Made by a program: the position numbers and the translations under genes. A stretch of 62,160 bases of DNA, the filler included, from Syncephalis fuscata S228 (Eukaryota > Fungi > Zoopagomycota): assembly GCA_025786725.1 (NCBI GenBank). It is 4 parts of 4 records of this genome, joined end to end, with 100 filler letters (N's around TTAATTAATTAA, not from the genome) between each part and the next. Parts side by side here need not be neighbours in the genome. Positions count along the whole stretch, not along the records: positions 1 to 17,608 come from JAHLTZ010000193.1; positions 17,709 to 32,440 come from JAHLTZ010000227.1; 2 more parts are not named here. The stretch is one strand, 5' to 3'. The notes beneath the pieces were generated by a model. That model searched no databases. It was given only the letters and a program-made list of their open reading frames with translations, and was not told the DNA's origin. Numbering within the stretch: the stretch's first letter is position 1; every line of letters starts with the position of its first letter. Below, in pieces: positions 12,072 to 25,900 of this stretch.

Positions 12072-13822
12072 TTAATCGACGCGTGCCTTTTTACGCGCAG
12101 CATTTGCCGCAGCCAGTAGATTAGCATTGCTCGCTGCATTAGCAATGTTATTAGACGAGCCCACACTAGTGGTGCCACCATCCTGGCGTTTAGCGGCCAA
12201 AGGAGGTAGTGCTTTGACACCTGGCCGTTCTTCTTTAGTCAATTTACGCGTTGGATACTTGAATCCTTGATTAGCAAATGCACTGTAAATAGTTTAATTA
12301 ATATCATTATTTTTTGTTAAATAATGCTTACTTTGAAGCCGGCCGAGGCTCATCCTGAAAGTAAGAATGATCCAGCGCTTGTTCAGCTGATATACGCCGT
12401 TCTGGATCATATTCAAGCATAAGCCGCAATATGTCGTAGCCTTGATCGCTTTTGGACGAACACGTTTTCCAATAGGATCGTAACGTATTGTCATGCCTAA
12501 AGTACCATTAGTTTTAATGCTAACACTATTATCTATCGTCTAACTTACTCGCGTATAGATGCCAAATTGGGGTATTCAGGCAAGTCAGTTACAGCGGGCC
12601 ATCGATCAACTGTCGTAACAATAATTATTAATTACTAATGTTCATCCATTATCTACTCTATTTACCTGTTGGTGTACCAAGTACTTCGATAATCTTGCTT
12701 ACTTGGTGCTTTTGGAATGGTGGTGTTTTACGACCATCCATTTTTACTTCTTCACTTTTAAAAATCGGTCGAAGTGTAAGTAGTTCGGCAAAAATGCAAC
12801 CTACTGCCCAAATATCTATTATGACCATAAAATTAACAATCTGTTTGTTATAATGATTATAGTGTACGCCATACCAATTGCCGTCGTATAATGCTTAGCT
12901 CCTAGTAATAACTCTGGTGCACGATACCATACTGTAACAACTACACGATCACCATCAGCCAATGGTAACAATGGTTGTCGATAAACACGAGCCAGCCCAA
13001 GATCACCTGCAGTTATAATATTATACTTGTATTAATACATATATATATATATATATCATTAACTCTTGAATATCATTACCAATTTTAACAACGCCCTTAG
13101 TAGTTACTAGAATATTTGCCTTGATGCTCATTAATTGCATGTACTATTCAATAAATAGCTACTTACTGGTTTAAGATCTCGATGTAATATCCAATTGGCG
13201 TGCAAGTAGGATAGACCATTCAATAGCTGCCATAGACATGACTTTACCGTCAATTCTGGCAATGGCTTACGTTCTTCGTGGCCGTGAAATTGAAGTATTT
13301 GCTAATATAGACTCTATTAGCTATTTAACTCTACTCTATTGATCGAATAACCTACCAATAGATCATGTTCAGCATATTCTAGAATCATGTAAATAGCATG
13401 GTTCTCCGTCAATACTTCACGCAGTGCCATAATGTTAACATGAGATAACTCGCGACACAGCTATACACGTAGATAAATAGCTTTGTTATTCTTTACTCTA
13501 CTAATGCACTTGGTATACAACTAACCGCAATCTCTCTACAGGCTGATTGTGAAATGCCCGTTGTTACTTGGCCCGTTTTCGCCTTCCTTTTCGACTTTAA
13601 ACGCCTTAATAGCATACTCACTATTATCCGTGCTACATTTCAAACTGTAAGCACAAGATAGACCAGCAATAGATAAACGCGTATATAGTACCTGTCACGA
13701 GATCGCGCCTTGTAAACACGACCATAAGTACCTGAGCTTATAAACCCAAGAATCTCATAGCAATTTACTAGCTTTGGCCGGAGCGCATCTCTTCGTGCCT
13801 TGTATTTCCGCATCAACTCCAT
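12072..13822 (-). CDS. SSN3: Cyclin-dependent kinase 8 (Mediator kinase)
   Basis: Motifs [33 protein letters not shown]|ANIL, DLGLAR and [20 protein letters not shown]. One apparent frameshift near 13585. Confidence 0.9.
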
Positions 13823-14038
13823 AGTTTAATATTATACGATAACACTAGTATAATGAGCACTACTGCTACTGCTACTACTACTACTAATAAACAACAACAA
13901 CAATAACAGAGATTACGTTGTCTATGTGTATATAAGTGGTGGGCGTGCAAGTACAGGTGTAAAGAAGTGCAACTCAGACTATCCAAATTGTTCATTTATT
14001 CAAATGTTTCCACGCATTCATATAGTTTTATCTAACCA

Positions 14039-15017
14039 ATAATCAATTTCTCTCCATCAATGGCATATTGTGGAATTTCAAGGTTAAGTGGAGCTGGTCC
14101 CTTGCGAATACGGCCCGAGATATCGTAGTGACTGCCGTGGCAAGGACAGAACCAACCACCGTAGTCACCAGCATCGCCGATAGGCACAGCCAAGATGCGT
14201 GCAAATACCCAGCATTACCAGCCATTCTGGCTGCTGGACACGAGCACTATCCGTCTGTGGATCGCGCAACTCGCTGATGCTGACGGCGTTCGCCTCATCA
14301 ATCTCGCCGGCCGTACGATGACGAATAAACACCGGCTTGCCACGCCACTTGACGACAATGTTCTTGCCTTCGGGAATGGCCGTGAGATCAACCTCGACCT
14401 TAGCAAGGGCCAATACATCGGCAGATGCGCTCAAGTTGCTTAGAAAGTCGTGGACAGTAGCTTTGGCTGCGGCAATTGTCAATACACCCGAAGTGCCGAC
14501 CATCATATAGGCGAAGGCACGAGACGTGTCGTCACTGGAGCTTTCATATATTCACCAAAATTTGGTACTTGTGTACTGCCCTCACCTACTGGGCGCGACG
14601 CAGACGAGAACGATGACGAGTAGCGTTGTTGAACACCAAACTGGCTAACGGCTAAATAAGAGATAGTAAAAGTTAATATACGCGTAAGTTACTTGATTCC
14701 AATCTATTACTCTACACTGCCACTACACGCAGATCGATGAGAGAAACAAGTAGGCCGCAGCATTGACTATACTTTGACAGCCGCTCTCTACTTTCTCCAT
14801 TGTCTGCATTGAAGGTGCTTTATTTGTCTATTCGGTCTGCAGAATACCTACCCATCAGAGGAGTGCGATTGCTTAGAAGGCCATCACGATTGATTACCGT
14901 GCGGCAGATTTGCGATTTAGTAGGCTTTGTGGCAGCACGCGTCGCATTACGCAGTGTGGATCCAATAGCCACTGCCGTAGAATTCAAAGCAGTGCGATTA
15001 AGTAAAGAAGTCGCCAT
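14039..15017 (-). CDS. RIP1: Cytochrome bc1 Rieske iron-sulfur subunit
   Basis: Motifs [19 protein letters not shown] and [30 protein letters not shown], with a mitochondrial presequence. Two apparent indels (~14543 and ~14187). Confidence 0.92.
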
Positions 15018-15332
15018 GATGAGCTAGAAGCAAAGCTAAGAGAGAAAGGAGAAAGATCGGGCAAAGACGGCACAGTATATGTGTGTGTGTGTGTGGATAT
15101 GGGTGTTGTGTACATTTAATGTTTTAATACTAGCAAATAAACACTCTAGCAAAAATACAATATTGATATCGAACAGGACGGATTTGATGAAATTAATTAA
15201 TTAATAGCTACGACATAGCATTAAAATCAAAAAAGTATATTGAACAGAAATCGGCTTATTCTTTCCTTTAGTTCAACTGTTATTATTGTTGCCACCGTGC
15301 TTACCTGTTCTACTTAGAAATACAACTACGCA

Positions 15333-17608
15333 ATGTCACAAACAGGCTGGTTGGCATTACGCCGACAACACTGGCGTTTTCAGCATGCCTCGTTATTCTC
15401 CTTTACAAAAGCTAGCCCGCCACCAGCCACGACTCCGCCGACAATCCCCGTGCGACAGAAGCCGTTCTATGTAACAACACCGATATTTTATGTTAACGCA
15501 GGTAAATAACAGACTAGGTAGACAAGGAATGGCACCGGTAATATATTCGCTCGGTAGATCCACATATTGGCCATTTATACTCGCTCGTCATGGCCGATAC
15601 TACAAGACGATATAGACAACTCCACGGCAATAGTACATTGTTGGCTACCGGTACCGATGAACATGGTCTAAAGGTAATATAACAATACTATTGCTGTTGT
15701 TACGAATAGTCAACGTATGGCCTCTGCCTTGTATTAGTCGATAACTGTTATCTATGCTTGGTATGGGAAATATCTTATGTCTATAATTGGTTCTATATTA
15801 GATTCAACAAGCTGCTCAAAAAGCAGGATTGACTCCGAAATCATTATGCGATCAAGTATCAGCTCGATTTAGCGTAAGTCATTATTGACTAATCATTATA
15901 ATAATCATTATAATAATCATTATAATAATATATAATAAAAGGATCTTACCAATAAGGCCGGTGTATTAGGTGAAGACATTATATTTACACGCACTACTGA
16001 TCCTCTACATATTTGTACTGTAAAGAGACTATGGGTAATGTTGAATAGTTAATTAACTAGCAGTAATATATTAATACAGTTTAATAATAGAAACGCTTAT
16101 TGGCAAGTGGCCATATTTATAAGGGATCTCATGAAGGTTGGTATGCCGTATCCGATGAAGCCTTTTACCTTCCATCACAAGTCATGCCAGGGAAAGATCC
16201 AGTTACGGGTGAATCAATTACGGTAAGATGGGATGATAGTTAAATATTAATTAATTCACACCAATCATCACATTTACGTGTATAGGTGTCCATTGATAGT
16301 GGACAACGTGTTGAATGGATTAAAGAAGAGAATTACAAGTTTAGATTATCAGCATTTCGTGAACCATTACGTCGTTGGTTACAGGATAATCCACAGTGTA
16401 ATGATTGATGACATTTATCATAACAAACAATCTAATTGGTATATTAACTAGTAATTCTACCTGCTTCACGATATAATGAAGTATTATCGTATCTTTCACA
16501 AGATATACCTGATCTTTCAATTTCTCGGCCACGTAGTCGACTCTCTTGGGGCATTCCTGTGCCTGGTGATGATGACCATGTTATTTATGTATGGTTAGAT
16601 GCACTAACCAACTATTTAACCGCAACCTGTTCAACCACTGGTGGTGATACACCACGACCAGCCAGTGATCCAAGTGCTTGGCCGGCTGATACACATATTG
16701 TTGGTAAAGATATTATAAAGTAGGTGTGTGCATCTAGATCATATTATAGTCGATTCATTTTATTGTACATAGATTCCATGCTATTTACTGGCCCGCCTTT
16801 CTAATGGCAGCCAATCTTCCGTTACCACGACGTATCGTTGCTCATGCTCACTGGACCATGGGTAAACAGAAAATGAGTAAAAGTCGTGGTAATGTTGCAG
16901 ATCCATTTACTCTACTGGATAAATATGGATCTGATGCCATTCGCTATTTTCTAATGCGGGATGGTGGACTTGCCGATGATAGTGGTAACTATCGATAGAC
17001 AGTATGGTATATAGCAATTGATTACTAACAATAAGTATTACCATAATAGATTATAGCGAGGAATTAGTAAAAAAGCGTTATAAAAGGAATTACTTGGCCA
17101 ATTAGGCAATTTGCTATCACGAACTATATCGTCAACTTTATTACCTCAAAATTATGTGCCATCACCACCCCATGCCAATCAATTACAAGTAGCCGATAAT
17201 GAAATACGTAGTTTATTACTAGAACTTCCTCGTTAGTATTAATAATGCGCTATAATTACTATTATTTAACTATAAATGTATATAATTAGATATGGTGGCC
17301 ACTCATTTTGATCAATATGAATTTGGTAAAGGATTAATGTGTATTGAACAGGCCGTGGCTCATGTAAGTAACACCTTTAACATACTATTATTTTATATCT
17401 ATATCTATATCTATATCTATATCTATATCTATTGATAGACCAATAAATACTTTACTGATCAAGCACCATGGACATTGGTGGCATCAGAGGCGTTGTCGGA
17501 TCATCAACGACTGGCCACTATATTATTCCATACACTTGAAACACTACGTATTGCCGGTATACAATTACAACCAGTGATGCCTGATAAAATGAACTATTTA
17601 TTAAATGG
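15333..17608 (+). CDS. MSM1: Mitochondrial methionyl-tRNA synthetase, 3' truncated by the contig end
   Basis: Motifs [12 protein letters not shown]|[29 protein letters not shown] and KMSKS. Confidence 0.9.
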
Positions 17609-17708
17609 NNNNNNNNNNNNNNNNNNNNNNNNNNNNNNNNNNNNNNNNNNNNTTAATTAATTAANNNNNNNNNNNNNNNNNNNNNNNNNNNNNNNNNNNN
17701 NNNNNNNN
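17609..17708. other. Artificial contig spacer
   Basis: 100 nt of N with a central TTAATTAATTAA (stops in all six frames). Genes on both sides are truncated. Confidence 0.95.
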
Positions 17709-18799
17709 TACCACACGATGTGCATCTGATTTGACCCAAATATTGAATCCAAGTAGAACAATACCTACAAGCCAGCGTAACATATCCGCCCAAAAGTAGC
17801 CGGTAGATGTTACGCCATCCATACAGGCCAAGGCGAAACAGATATAGGAGACAAAATCGTTACATAGTACGAGATCGACAAGTTGTCGAAATAGTAGCCA
17901 CGCATTAAACTCGACAGGCACTGCCTAAATCATTTTAATTATTCATGTTTTGATTATTAATGATTGGATATTTATTATTACTAATCAATCTATTTTTGAC
18001 AGTTTTACTTACTAAGAAATTGTAGTCGGATCCCATTTTACATTCAAGTTCTGCGCGTACCCATGGTGCCCATTTACCAAATGGTTTGTCATGGCGCTCC
18101 TCACTAGCCAGTAGTCCACTATCGACGAGCCATTCAACAATATAGTTTTGTTCACTCTGGCCTTTAAGTAATACGCCAAGTCCAATGTTATACGCAGAAC
18201 GGAATAGTGCAAATAGGAAAAAGAACACAACACGACGTAGTGTACCACCCAGTGAAAAGAATAGTAAAAGCTGAATTCCAATAGTAGCCAGTGTAAATAG
18301 ATCAAACTTTGACTTGGCTAGTGTTGGATCCAGAATAGTTTTAAGCATATCATTTGTTTTAGGTACCAAGAAATCTATTCATAAAAAGTAGGATTGTATT
18401 ATAAGTATTATTAATAATTATTACAAATAAAGATTCGTATACATAATAGTGTTGATATGTCAACTTACTTGTGCCATTATGAGTTCGACCCTGTTGCATG
18501 GGTGTATCATCTTCTGGCTGATTATCCGTATTATCATCCACTTTCTTGTCACTTTTAGAAACAACATAATCATCTTTTAATGGCTTATCGTCATTTTCAT
18601 TAGATAATAGTCTGTTATCAATATTAGACTCTAATGGTGTATTAGCATCTTTTGCCGTAGTATCATCATTATGGTATTGTTCGCTTATTTCTTTAAAAGT
18701 AGACGGTGGTGACGGTGGCAGTGGCACTGCTGATTCATCAACCAAAGACTGCTGCTGATGGTCGTCGTGGTCGGTAAGATCGTGATCCAACGCACTCAT
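17709..18799 (-). CDS. CHO2: Phosphatidylethanolamine N-methyltransferase, 5' part (truncated)
   Basis: Motifs FRSAYNIGLGVLL, PVEFNAWLLFRQLVDLVLCNDF and FNIWVKSDAHRVV. Confidence 0.85.
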
Positions 18800-19606
18800 A
18801 ATAGCCAACAATAAAGCTTAGCAAATAACGTTTGTGTGATGTGCGTATATATCGCCGTTTAAGCTGCCGTAATTGAAAGTTGCCACGTATCCAACAAAGA
18901 AAAAGGGCGAATAAAATTGCAGGGAAGAGACAAGATCAATGGAACAGACAAAGCTTGGGAACTGATGTTTTATTGCTAAGACAGGCTATCGGCTCCGGGC
19001 TTTAGGCAACGGCAACAGTCGCAACAGAGTGACGGGCAGTGGGACGTGCTACTATTGCGTATCTGTGTCGACTGTGTCGACTGACGTGAATGGCACGTGT
19101 GTCGCTCAAATCGGCACATCCCCAACGAAATTACACCCGAACACTATTATCACATGTAAACGTTTGAATGTTATCATTAATTCGGTAAATGGTGTAATAT
19201 AGATATGTATTTTATTGTTATTAATAAGAATTAGTCTAATCATTGTTACTGCTATGTTCGCCGTTGTTCTTATCGCTGTTGGGGATTTGTTTATAGGAAA
19301 GGCGAAGCAGTTACACCAGGTCTTGCCATGTCTAAAACATTCTGATGTGCTGGATCATGATTAATAATAATATTGTGGTTGATTTATTTGCACTATTAGA
19401 TTAAAAAAGCTAGAAATTAGCTATATTTTTATTTATAATAAATCAATTGATAGGTCATTAGTACACTGTAATATATAAATAAATAAACGATAAGAATAGA
19501 TACAATAGTTTATTATTCCCGTATAATAGAAAGTAGGGGAAATTTGCTGGTTACACTAGCTACTAGGTCTTTCTCTATTGTTTCTTTTAATTATTTGTCT
19601 ATCCAA

Positions 19607-20636
19607 ATGGAACAGTCAGCAGTTGTTCTTGAGAAAAGAATTGAAGAATGCGAGGCTGTCACCTTTGAATGGCAAGAGCGCCTTTCGGAACCGTGCACAG
19701 AAGAGGAATTGGTGGCAGCTGCCAAGTATTTACAGCCGCGGCATTACCAAGAGATTCTTGAAGAGCGCGATGCCAATAGCTATTGCGGCTACCCGTTATG
19801 TGATCAGTCACCTAAAGTAAGTGCCATGATAAAGTATTGCATTGGCCAACTATTGACGGGTGTGCCTAGGCCGTTGGCAGCAAGTATAAAATCGACTTTG
19901 GACGACAAATTGTCTACGACCAAAGCTCACTAAGTGCTTTTTGCAGTAAACGATGCCAGGCCGCTTCTCGATTTTATGCGCTACAATTAGATACACAGCC
20001 TGTGCATTTACGTGACTTTGACCGGTAAGTCATCATTTATTTCAAGTACTAGATGTTTAATCGTCGTTTGTCGATAGACTGGCGCCTATTCGATTAGTGC
20101 CTATGCAAGGTGATATTCATATCAATGATCTTGTTGCTGCAACCATTGGCAAAGTAACCGATCCGCCTGTTGTATGCAATTTATCGGCAAATCGCGCTCT
20201 AGTATTGGATCCAAATGAAGTAGACACTACTATAAGTACGACGCAGGATGTAAAGGCCAATATGACTGTCGAGGAACAAAGTCTTAGTGCATCCAAATTA
20301 ATAGCGGAACGGATCACAGCAGCTTCACAGCAAGGGAAATTGCCGATGCAATTGGTGGTCCATGAACGATTTGATGAAGGTAACGATGCATCCTCCGCTT
20401 TAAAAGTACGGCCTCCATCTCCATCGCGTGCCTATACATGGAATGCAGTAGAAGGTGTTCGATTACGTATGCTTCATAGCAAACGAACAAGAAAGTCGAA
20501 TAAAGGTGGTGACAGAGATGAGGAAGAAGACGAAGACGATGATGATGATGATAATAGCGAAGAGGAGCAAAGCGAAGATGAAGACGAGATAGACTTAGAT
20601 TTGAGTACGCTTCAGATAACGAAGCGTCATCGCTAA
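19607..20636 (+). CDS. RTR1: RNA polymerase II CTD phosphatase, Rtr1/RPAP2 family
   Basis: YQEILEER...CGYPLC followed by FCSKRCQAASRFY (RTR1-type zinc finger); acidic tail. Confidence 0.8.
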
Positions 20637-20788
20637 ATTAGTACTCAATTTGTATGCAAATATTGAAAATAAAAAGCATTAGTTGTTTTAATATTGTACT
20701 TTTATTAGTGCTAATCCAAAGTGCTTTAACAATTGGCAGCAATAATAAGTAGTAAGAATATTCCATAGCTATGATGTGAGTACGTCGT

Positions 20789-22137
20789 TTAAGCAATAAA
20801 TGGAATCAGTGCTTTACGATTGCGTGGATAATCAGGAAATTCACGACGATACGCTTTGTGCTTTTTGATGGCCCACAAGTAAATCTGGCCGAAAGAAACA
20901 GCAAAGAAAAACCAAGCTAATGAGATAAAAAAAATAAGGTTAATAGTAAACAAATATAAGCTTTAAATATCACTTACCAGCCCAGCTAGAAGTGAAAAGA
21001 GCATAAGCGGCCCATGCTAGCAATTCAAAAGTGTAGTTTGGACAAGATACAAGTCCAAATCCAAAGCCGTAGGGAATACGACGTACACGTGTACCAGGTG
21101 GACGAAGGTTGCGCAAAGTGATATGGGTGGAAAGATTACCAAGTTCAGCAAACTAGCAATAACATCAACGCAAAAATGGACCAGTTAATTAATATCAATG
21201 GATTGATAAAATACTTACCACAAATACACCAATCAAGGCCCAGTACCAAGTGGGCGATAGTTTAGCGCTCTCGGTGCCAGCAGCTAGTCCAGGCCCGTAG
21301 ATGCTATAGGCAATGAGCAATCCACCTAGAATGTGATAATGGAACGAATTTTTGAAAATGTTACGGAAAGGCATGGTGCCGTTAGAGAATCGATGAACCA
21401 ATACCGATTCTAATTCACGTTTGATAAAATGGCCCATAGCCATATAGTAGGCAGCACTGAACTGACCGTTAGTATGAATAGATACAAGCAACTATCATCG
21501 ACTTACATCTGTACATCACTATGCACTACCTCCTGTCTGTAGAATAGTGTCGGTAGGTAAAAGAATAGCGAGTGCCATACTAAAGGCCCAAAATATTCTA
21601 CAATAAACACTAGACGCCAGCTGATTTGTGGGCCTGTAAATAATGTTAGTATATAAATAAATACTGATTAAAAATACTTGCCAAGATCTTTAAACGTAAT
21701 TGTGTCTGTATAGTTATAATAAGCAGCAGAATTATAATTAGACAAATTCTAGTTAGTAATGAATTTGGCCTACCTCCATCTTTAACGTCGTATTTTGACA
21801 ACGATTGGCCAACTTCAAGCACCTTCGTTTCTGTATCAATATTGAATTAAACATCAGTTAGCTATTTTAACGTAAACAGCGCTTACCAATGGTTAAACGT
21901 TGGCGAGCAGGATAGTATTTAGGCACTGATAATAAATTGAGCAAATAGGTTAGAACAGAAATGCTGTAGCAGTAGTATAACTATTAAGAGCTTACATTGT
22001 TTGTGGATAGCTTGACGTAAGTCATCAACCGTGATTGTTTCGGCATTACCACCCAGCTCGAGTGTGAGTGGAAAACGCGACGAACGCTTAGCAGGAGCGT
22101 CCGCCTGATATCCACGCGGTACAATAGTAAGTTTCAT
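20789..22137 (-). CDS. TSC13: Very-long-chain enoyl-CoA reductase
   Basis: Motifs FKDLG|[46 protein letters not shown] and [12 protein letters not shown]. Confidence 0.9.
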
Positions 22138-22755
22138 GCTGCTAAAAATATTAATGAGCTGCAAAGAACGAGACTCTAAATTATTTACCTACACTTTATA
22201 AACGACGCCACAGCCCCAGTAAGTAAGTGAAAACTAGACGTAGAGACGGATAAAACGCATGGCGATGACTCGGGATCAAATGGATCCGTTTTTACGTGTC
22301 TCGTTGGGGTAGTTTCAGATTTTCATGTACACGTCACCTAAACTCAGTAATGGCGCTTGTTGCCATTTTTGTCGATCATTGTAGGACGTACCATTACGGT
22401 CAATAAGAATGAATTCATTGGTTATGGTAATGTACTGGCTATATATATATATATATTATGTAAACTAATGTTATTCAAATATATAAAGTATTTATACTTT
22501 TTTTAAGATGGGACTACGAATTTATTACTATAAGGTTGCACAGTTGAATAAAAACAACCAATTGTAAACTTGTTGGTAAATGATGATTTATCGATTGAAG
22601 AGCAAGTAAACTGGAGCATTGGCCAAAACTTGATATATAAATAGACTGGATGGTGTAGTTGTCAAATGGTCTTGGTTTTCACCGAATATATATCTAAAGT
22701 GTGTTGGAATAGCAGTTTAATTACACTACCAATGCTAACGTTTTAAAACCATTTA

Positions 22756-22956
22756 TTATTGGCATTTACCCTCCGCTTTGCATTTATTGAGACAATAATG
22801 AGCAGGATATTGAGGTTTTGGAAAATTTATCCTGCAGCTGTTAATGCAGTCTTCGCATGCACCACGACGAACTAAAGCTGGATTAGCATCCACCATAGCT
22901 GTAGCGGCTATCAAAGCCACAACAACGGTGCAAACGACGGCAATGGAAAGCTTCAT
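22756..22956 (-). CDS. Intronless secreted Cys-rich prepropeptide, family member C (66 aa): MKLSIAVVCTVVVALIAATAMVDANPALVRR-GACEDCINSCRINFPKPQYPAHYCLNKCKAEGKCQ
   Basis: Signal peptide nearly identical to gene A, an RR dibasic site and 6 Cys in the mature part. Flanks are homologous to genes A and B. Confidence 0.88.
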   Translation of the reverse strand: MKLSIAVVCTVVVALIAATAMVDANPALVRRGACEDCINSCRINFPKPQYPAHYCLNKCKAEGKCQ

Positions 22957-25900
22957 GGTGATATTGATTTGTTGATACAAACAACTAAAAGTGATAGTAG
23001 AATGTGGTTGGTATAAAGTGTATAGCAGTGTTTGTTTAGCAAGAAGTAATGATGATGGTATTGCAGTTGGTTGTGTATATTTTGTGGGCTATTTAAACTT
23101 ACGGCTATGTTGAGATACTAGTATGCTGTAATATATGAGGTACACTACTGATGTGTAGTATGAGCCAATAAAGCAATCCAAATAATGGCCTGGGGCACGC
23201 GTATACCAATGGATTCATGGTGTGATAGCATACTTCCTAGGCTTAATTTCGACCTGCTCAGTCCTGGTTTCAACTTGCCCGGTCTTTACTCCAATATGCT
23301 AGCCATTTGCACGAATGATGTAACAATGTTCATAACCCAGTACATGTGTGGTAGATATAGACATATTCGCCTGTATTTTTTGTTACACAATCTAACTATT
23401 TGGTAAAAACAAGTATACCGTTTGGATTTGTAAAACGATAATGATGTCTTTGCTGCCATTTCTACCAATTCGGTCCTCAATATCTGTTGCATACAGAATA
23501 GCACACAACATTGATACAAAAACAAGTTTAATATATCAAACTGGTATTTTTATACAGGTTTTTGCTGCCATGCATAAATCAGCTATAACTCCTTAAATTA
23601 TAAAGTGTACTGATTGGTACATGTATGCATTTCATTCGATACTACACCCATTGTTACAGGCGTAACCATTGTTTCAAGTTGACAAATGCATTATATCCAG
23701 GTATATCATGCCGCATGTTGTGCAGCTTCCATTATTCAAATGGCAGCTAATTCAAATCCTTTGGAACCGCCTATACAATAAGTACTGTTTGTAGCATGAT
23801 GCATCACAGCATTTTGAGCAATGAAACATTCCAGCAAGCTATTTTATCAGTTTTTCAGCTGTAAACTAAATTGTATTATTTAAATTACACGCAATACAAT
23901 ATGCAAACACTAGACTAGACGCAATAGAAAGTCCTAACCAAATATTAGCAATTCCGAGTGCATAGTGGCTGTGGATTGCATATAAACAGGTAATCATTTA
24001 AGGCCTAACTGCTGCTTACATTCCTGAAACCAGTTCTGACAAGTTAAGCAAGATAGAATATAGAAGAACAAGCCGAATCAGAAACCAATGGAAAAACACT
24101 TGACAGCTCAAATGTTTATTGTTTTGACCTATAGCAAATCATTATTGGCATACCATGTTAGACTGCGTTTATCAAAAACTGGCTGTTGATGACACAGCTA
24201 GAACAGCAGCAACGTTAAACCGAAATAACCCACAAAAAACAGAGAGATGTAAATAAAATTCAATCAATGAGTTTTAGTAATTAAATAACTTATTATTGTC
24301 ACTATACTTTATAATTCCGGTTGTTTGTATGGACAAATACTTACAATCACATTGTGACTTCTTATATACTCACATTTATACGACCACCAACTAAGCCAAC
24401 TACTATAAGGCTTAATCTAATTACTTATTAAAGTAAGCAGCTAATATTACACATTATTGCAATAACAGAAAAACAGATTTATTTATTGGCCATTAATAAA
24501 ATAAAACAAAACATTGAATTGGGCGCGTAATATTTACACGATCAAATCATTTTTACTTTGAATTTCACATTTTAAATTCTCAAAGCAAAATTGGTTTTAA
24601 TTGAAGTCATACTGGTATGTACAGGAAACATAGTTATAATGTTTTCATTTAACTGATTTAAAACATTTGAGGCCAATCATTGTTGCTGTTAGCCATGTGT
24701 AGAAAAATTGATCGAATATTAATAAAAGTCATTGATTGCAATTCCATATTGTTCCGCAGTTGTTATTGTTGTTACTACGTATAGTGTGGTTTCCTTGCGT
24801 CTAAATGGTTTCTTCTATTTTCCAATATTCTACTGTTGCATTTTGGGCATATTTGCAATGTAAGATACTTGTTTATGGTGACAAAGAAGGTAGGACGACT
24901 AGCATTTCTGATGTTCACCATTGTCTTGAACATCCTTGATATCAATTTGGTAGGCGCAGTTTATTTGCCGATCATTGATGAAGCAAATGGCCTCCACCAT
25001 ATGCAATAATGATAGGTTGAGCTTATTCATCAAGAAGATCTTGTGGCGACAGGTGTAACCAAAATATACGGCATGCCGTTGGGATTACTTGAACAGGTGT
25101 TGATGAAATAAGAGAAATAAAGACTAGGTATTGAATAGTGTTTTTTATTAATGTTCAAATATACATGCTATTTATATTGTTATATTCGGCATTATCGTAT
25201 AATATATTACTGAATAGAGCAATAAGATAGCGATAAGAAAAAAATGGTGAACTAAGTAAATAAAAAATGTAGGAGTCAAAATACAATAGCTTCGGCCTAA
25301 TAATTGTAATAGTAATTATCATAAAAGCAAAGCCGTTTTGATTATCACAGAGATTAAAATGTTTTATAATTCTTTAAACAGTTATATTTACTAAATAATA
25401 TTTACATTGGCGTTTAGTTTGGTGATGAATATAAAAAATGGTGTTGGTAATGTAACAACATCTAAAACGTTGTTTTAACTAAAGTCCTCATTATAGTAAT
25501 ACAGTTTAATTTACAATTGTTAAATAAGAATAAGTATAATGTAATTATACAATATATAAACATGCATATGCAACCTGTTATTTATTAAAATAAATAAAAT
25601 GCTTTATTAATAAGCTTATAATCATATTAATAGACATTGCGCGCTCATAAACAAGCAAATACAATTGTAAATAAAGAAAAATCATAATGTAATGCTGAAT
25701 TGGAATCAATATAAAATATTGCAGTAACAGCGATTAGTCATCTTCATATTATAAAGTAACAACAATTATAATGACCAATAACATTAATAATTCTACTATT
25801 ATTATAATTAAAGTACTTTAAAATATTACGCAATCCTTTTACGATAAACAATATAATAAATATTTAGCTTCAATATACATATTCTAAAATATAATTATCT

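Noticed and set aside
17609-17708. TTAATTAATTAA palindrome within N runs (three copies in the window)
   Set aside because: Artificial contig linker with six-frame stops. Gene order across these points carries no biological meaning.
19070-19160. CACGTG and an ICRE-like tatcacatg upstream of CHO2; CACGTG at ~7201 upstream of the bHLH gene
   Set aside because: Short motifs expected by chance, an imperfect match to UASINO, and no conservation data.
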